This document shows positions 59,271 through 64,000 of a stretch of DNA of 64,000 nucleotides, in pieces. This DNA comes from Chlorokybus atmophyticus (taxonomy: Eukaryota > Plantae > Mesostigma and Chlorokybus algae). The notes below the pieces were generated by a model, which did not search any database, was not told where the DNA came from, and saw nothing but the letters and a program-made list of their open reading frames with translations. Position 1 is the first letter of the stretch; each line of letters opens with the position of its first letter. The stretch lies in contig RHPI01003124.1 of assembly GCA_009103225.1 (NCBI GenBank), positions 420,409 through 484,408 of the forward strand, read 5' to 3'. The translations under genes and the position numbers were made by a program.

Positions 59271-61389
59271 ATCAGCAGCTCATCATAAATTTCGCATGTT
59301 GCTGCTACGAGTTAGATAAAAGGGAGGGGGCGGACGCCGGAGAGGATTATGGTCGCCCTTAGCCGTCGCCTCACAATAGCGCGGATAATTTAACGTGTTT
59401 TATATTGAATATTGTGTCAATAATGTCACAGTTTGAACTAACTCGTTATTTTTGGCACAAATCACTAAAACTATTCTTAATCCGAGCTTGTGTTAGTGTT
59501 GGCACGAGCTGTCACGCTCATGCCATTGCTGCCACAACGGTTGTGCCAGCATATATCGATAATTCATGGACCAGTACCTTACAATGACACAGTGACTCTA
59601 TGTGATGCTAGTATTATCCCAAGACTTTTACGAGTTGCTGGTATTAGCACACAATTTGTGCCGGCAATGGCATACGGCGCTGAACCCATGTGCCACACAA
59701 ATGAAAACATTAACAAATGCATCCGAGGCTATGACAAACCCATCCATTGGTTACACGTTTATTAGTTGTTATGACTTAGCGCTACATTATTATATTGATT
59801 GAGTTGTGAAAGGCCTTTGGCTTAATTGCGAGGGGAAAAAAGTAAGGGAAGCAATCTTGTACATTGGCGTGTGCATGTGTGTGTAAGAAAAGCGTGCGAT
59901 GGTGTCTATGGAACATGCCTTCATGGTGTGCCTTCAAGCTGCAATTAAAATCTTAACTTAAACACATTTGTGCCTCGTATCAAATATATAAGAGGCGAAT
60001 ACATATGTGTATGTATACGACGTTTATGTGCGGATACCTACGCTTATTAATATATGTATGTGCACCACATGATTAGTGATGATCAATTACACTTATTTAT
60101 GCATGCACCTTTTCAACATTTACACCAGCATGTATGCTATTCGTAAACGCATTCAGCCGGCGACCGACGTCGTCACGCGCGTCATACAAGGGGGCTAACC
60201 AGCATGTCATGTGTCACGTCAGCCGAGCAGCACGGCGCAAAAGCAGCTTCCGTGCTGCGTTATCGGGTCAGGAGGTGCTGCAATGCACTCAATGGTGCAC
60301 CGACTTTGTTGCATGCAACTAACAAAATTCCCCATTGGTCTGCTTCTGATACGGACGGATATGGAGCCATTGCACAGGTTAGCGCATTGCTTGTTGCAAC
60401 ATGCACTGAGCATGCCTGTTACAGACGGTCTCGCCGGTAGGAGAGCGTCTCCCGTGCTCATAATCCAGCGGCTTTGATAACCATTAGCATAGAAAGGCTA
60501 ATGCATAACACGTGAGTATAGGCCTAGCCTGGCAGTCCGACATGGATGCATGCATGACAAGACTGCATACTGCATGTCACTACCTCAAGCTGCTGACACA
60601 GCAGCATGTTTCGGCATATGCCATGTCTCGTTGCGGTTTGTGGATGTGGAGTATTTACGATAGTACCGCTTGTGATGCGATAGCTCCAGCATTTGTACAA
60701 TCAGTCACAAGAGCGGCAGCCATCACCATCGCCGGTACGTGCATTGCTTTGTGTGCGGGAGTGCACTGGCGCGTGTGTATGCTTTCTAGCATAGCTGTTG
60801 AACACTGAGCCAGCGCTGGCCAACTACAGCATACACATGCACCAGAACATACACACAAGGCGTGCACACAAGGCTTGCAAAGGGGTTTTACCCGAACCAA
60901 CAACTTGTTAATTCTGTTGGCCTTTATACCAGCCAGACTACACATGTCTACTTTAGCAGGCACCGCGTGAGCTATACTTAGCTGATTGCTAATATGTAAG
61001 CTTAATTCTTTAGCTTACACTCAAAGCTTTCCAACAAGCTAAGCCACGCTTCCCAAGGCTAAGTATACGCGAAGTTCTTGCCGTTCTCCGAAGGCGTTGG
61101 CTGCGTCAGGCTGCGCCAGCCTCATGAGCAAGTCCGGAATCTCCTACTTGGTCATACTCCGCGTAGTGGACTCGATATCTGCTACAGACTCATGACTGAT
61201 CGATATCAGCTCATACTAGTAGCAGTATCTCTAAGGCTCATGCCTTAGCCAATTCACAAGATGACTAGACTGAGCAGTGTGCAAGACATGCTCATGCTAA
61301 CAATAGCAACGCCGTAGTAAGTAAGCTTTGTTTGCACTGCACGGCACGCGTGCGCGCTTTGTTGACTGGTTTTGAGCAATGCTGGAGAG

Positions 61390-62530
61390 ATGGCTTCATC
61401 TGGAGAGAAGCTTACCCTGTCTCTGCTGCTGGTCGTGGTGCTGATCGGGCACGCCTGCTTACATGTGGGCGCCATCACTATCAACGACTTGTACCCCTTT
61501 GGCGCCGACAATGACGACAATTTCTTCAACAGGTACGCTTGCCATGGCATGCCCGAACAGCAATGTGTGTGCGCATCCCATCATACGTGTGCACAGAGCT
61601 GTGCCACACGCATTGCCAAACCCCAAGCTGCTACTCATTCAGCTGTTATTGCAGGGGTGATGACATATCTTCGGGTCTCATCTCGCTGCCTTGTCTGTGC
61701 CCGTGTTCGGTGTCGCCGGCTTGAGCGGGGCGTACGTCCAACAAAATGGTAAGCGAGTCAGTAAGTAAATGCTGGTGAACCTGAATGCGAAAGTCAAAGG
61801 TGCATTGCATAGCTTAAGGTGCATTACGCCGTTGCAATGCAGGCGCAGTGCATTTTCCAAGGCCAGCATGGACTACCTCCCCCACCCAACACGTCTTTTT
61901 CTTTCGCGGGGATGAATACAGCATGGTCGCGGCGTACTGGACGGACCTCACCGCCACCTGCCAAACTTGCAAAGGCATCCCCTACCGCGCGGACGAGGAT
62001 GCTGACCTCCTCGCCGATATCACCAGCGACATACACGCTGCCTTCCCGAGTGAGGCACTTGCAACCGGCTTTTAATGCCGAGTCGGCGCTCATCGCAACA
62101 TGGATCAAGCGTGCGTGTGCGTGCCACTGGCCATTAAGAGTTGCGTGCTGCACAGATGTTAAAGTGTCTTCTTATTATCTCTTAATCAGGTGACCCTTTA
62201 CAAGATGAGATCTGATCCGTATGCAACGATCCCCACATTTAAAGTAGTGATCGCTTTTTACAAGCGCATGGTCCTTGTGGGCTTATTCTTCCCCGACCTA
62301 ACCTACGGGAGCCCTGGCGGTCAGCAACAACTTCCCTAAGTACTGTGACATGACTCTGCTAAGTGCGCACTATGTTTACATGTGATGTGTCATGTCAATA
62401 TGCAACACTTGGCACGTGTAGCCTCGGCACAAAGGGGTTTCAACCTCGGTGATGGCGTGCGCTCCTTTCGGCTGCCGTACCTGCCGTACGTTGAGGACAA
62501 TAAGAACGACGCTGACGACCACCCTCTGGC
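61390..62530 (+). pseudogene. Paralog of the NIDO gene, frameshifted, TRIM-interrupted and truncated
   Basis: Collinear with 54205-55270 (LYPFGADN, YSMVAAYWT, GFNLGDGVRSFRLP). Frameshift at GGCTTTTAATGCC (~62070) and a stop near 61750. Confidence 0.8.
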
Positions 62531-62941
62531 TGTAACGCGGGGCTTAGCCGACTAGGCCATGATAGTAGAAGTCGCTACCATGAGAGGTTGTGTATTGCTT
62601 ATTGATGCTTTACAAGCCCTTCTTAGCCTACTCCACATTAACCGGCATTATTACATTCAACCCGGCTGCAACCGCGATTTTACCTCACAGTTAAATTCAT
62701 AACCATTCTCACCAACAGCCTGAGATCGTTTCCAACGGTCGCGAAAACCTACCCACTCGCGCGCAATTCTGTGCGCCCGGTGGGACTCGAACCCACGACC
62801 TTTAGAGCTCCGATTACTAATGTAACGCAGGGCTTAGCCGACTAGGCCATGATAGCAAAAGTCGCTACCATGAGAGTTGTGAATTGCTTATTTATGCTTT
62901 ACAAGCCCTTCTTAGCCTATTCCACATTAACCGGCATTACA
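62531..62941 (-). mobile_element. TRIM (terminal-repeat retrotransposon in miniature), 411 bp
   Basis: Direct repeats 62531-62655 and 62821-62941 (about 6 substitutions, 2 indels), each TGTAA...TTACA. Exact 5-bp TSD CTGGC at 62526-62530 and 62942-62946. 165-bp non-coding interior. Confidence 0.9.
62772..62856 (-). ncRNA. tRNA-like sequence (Pol III A and B boxes) within the TRIM; not a functional tRNA
   Basis: A box TGGCCTAGTCGG (62849-62838); T-arm GTGGG-TTCGAGT-CCCAC with B box (62796-62780). The acceptor strands do not pair. Confidence 0.65.
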
Positions 62942-63926
62942 CTGGCCCCGCCTGAGCTGGATTTGTAGGAAAGCCCTTCTACCCAACATGGAAGGACGTA
63001 AGGGGGGGGGGGTGAGAGCTGTTGGCTGGTTCTAGGTCATGTACTGCATCTGACTTTGTGTTGTAGGCGGATAAGTTCGCGGGGGAGGCTGCAGCGGCGC
63101 TGCTTAATGCCTTGACATTGCCATACGCGCANTAGCACCTTCCGCAAAAGAATTACATTTGAAAACTACAATCCCTCTGTTTTTATATATCCAACTTTAC
63201 GGGGACAGTTATGATATCACAATGACATCAAGCAAGATAATTGAGTATCAAGTTTGATACTCAATGTGCATAACTTGTTTTGTGCCTGCATTAATATGTA
63301 GCGTCAATCTAAGAAGTTCTTCAGTTGTGCATAAAAGAATAAGTGTCTTTATTGTTGCTTTGACTTACTCTGACTTGTACTTGGCTAGATACACATTGAA
63401 GTGCTCCCCAAACGTGCACACTCGCACACACGCACATAAGATGGGCGCTTCTCTGAATAGTGTTTAAAAGACCTTCCCCCATCTCTGTAATGTCATTGGC
63501 GACTAAATTGGGCACTTTACACAATTACAACGGGATATGAATACTCAACCACTTGCTGCCATTGTGCAGCACACAGTCATATACTCCCCCTTGCTGCCCT
63601 TTTACTCAACTTGGGTCGGAGGGCAGCAAGGGTGTGTATTTGAATATATGTTGCATACAGGCCAAAATGAAGCGCTTGGCATGCGTAATTTACCGGCCGC
63701 TTGCCTCCTTGAGGCAAGGCTCCCTGCCTTTGTATGTAATGACTGAGCACTCAACACAAGCATGAGGTCTCTGTCGTTGTACTTTTGCATAGTATGTGAC
63801 TAAACATGCTGATCTTACTCTTTCAAGCTCTGTGCATCACGAGTCACTGAAGCATGATGCTTACGCATGTTTATAAATGCATAGGGTATGAGTCATGAGT
63901 ATGAGTCAATGCGTGTCACCGTTGGA

Positions 63927-63930
63927 GAGA

Positions 63931-64000
<70 letters not shown>
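63927..64000. repeat. (GA)n microsatellite running off the window
   Basis: Direct reading. Confidence 0.95.

Noticed and set aside
62772-62856. Functional tRNA gene on the minus strand
   Set aside because: The acceptor strands (GCTATCA / CGGGCGC) do not pair, there is no clean anticodon arm, and the sequence straddles an LTR boundary.

Overview
Intron-rich eukaryotic nuclear DNA, most likely from a green alga able to make flagella. The evidence is a plastid transit peptide, centriolar POC5 and a BONZAI-type myristoylated copine; an early-diverging streptophyte is an inference, not something shown. Intact genes with CA/TG-repeat-filled introns are the POC5 3' end, a two-dsRBD DRB protein, a copine, tRNA-Pro(AGG), DNA polymerase alpha subunit B, a PAS-PAS hybrid histidine kinase, a putatively plastid-targeted bacterial-type AGE-family epimerase and a NIDO-PKD surface protein. 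They alternate with decayed segments: pseudogenes for secreted proteins (subtilase/TSP3/kelch, beta-helix, beta-propeller-like, a second NIDO gene), two copies of a ~670-bp LTR, two Ty3/gypsy integrase remnants, a CRE-like REL endonuclease fragment, two unidentifiable AT-rich blocks and long microsatellites. The most striking feature is a 411-bp TRIM (TG..CA LTRs, 5-bp TSD) at 62531-62941, whose 5' LTR/internal junction assembles a tRNA-like Pol III promoter (A box in the LTR, T-arm/B box internal). Also notable are the AGE gene and the decay of pseudogenes mainly through in-frame TAG/TAA codons. All calls come from manual reading; no database search was run, and pseudogene boundaries are approximate.
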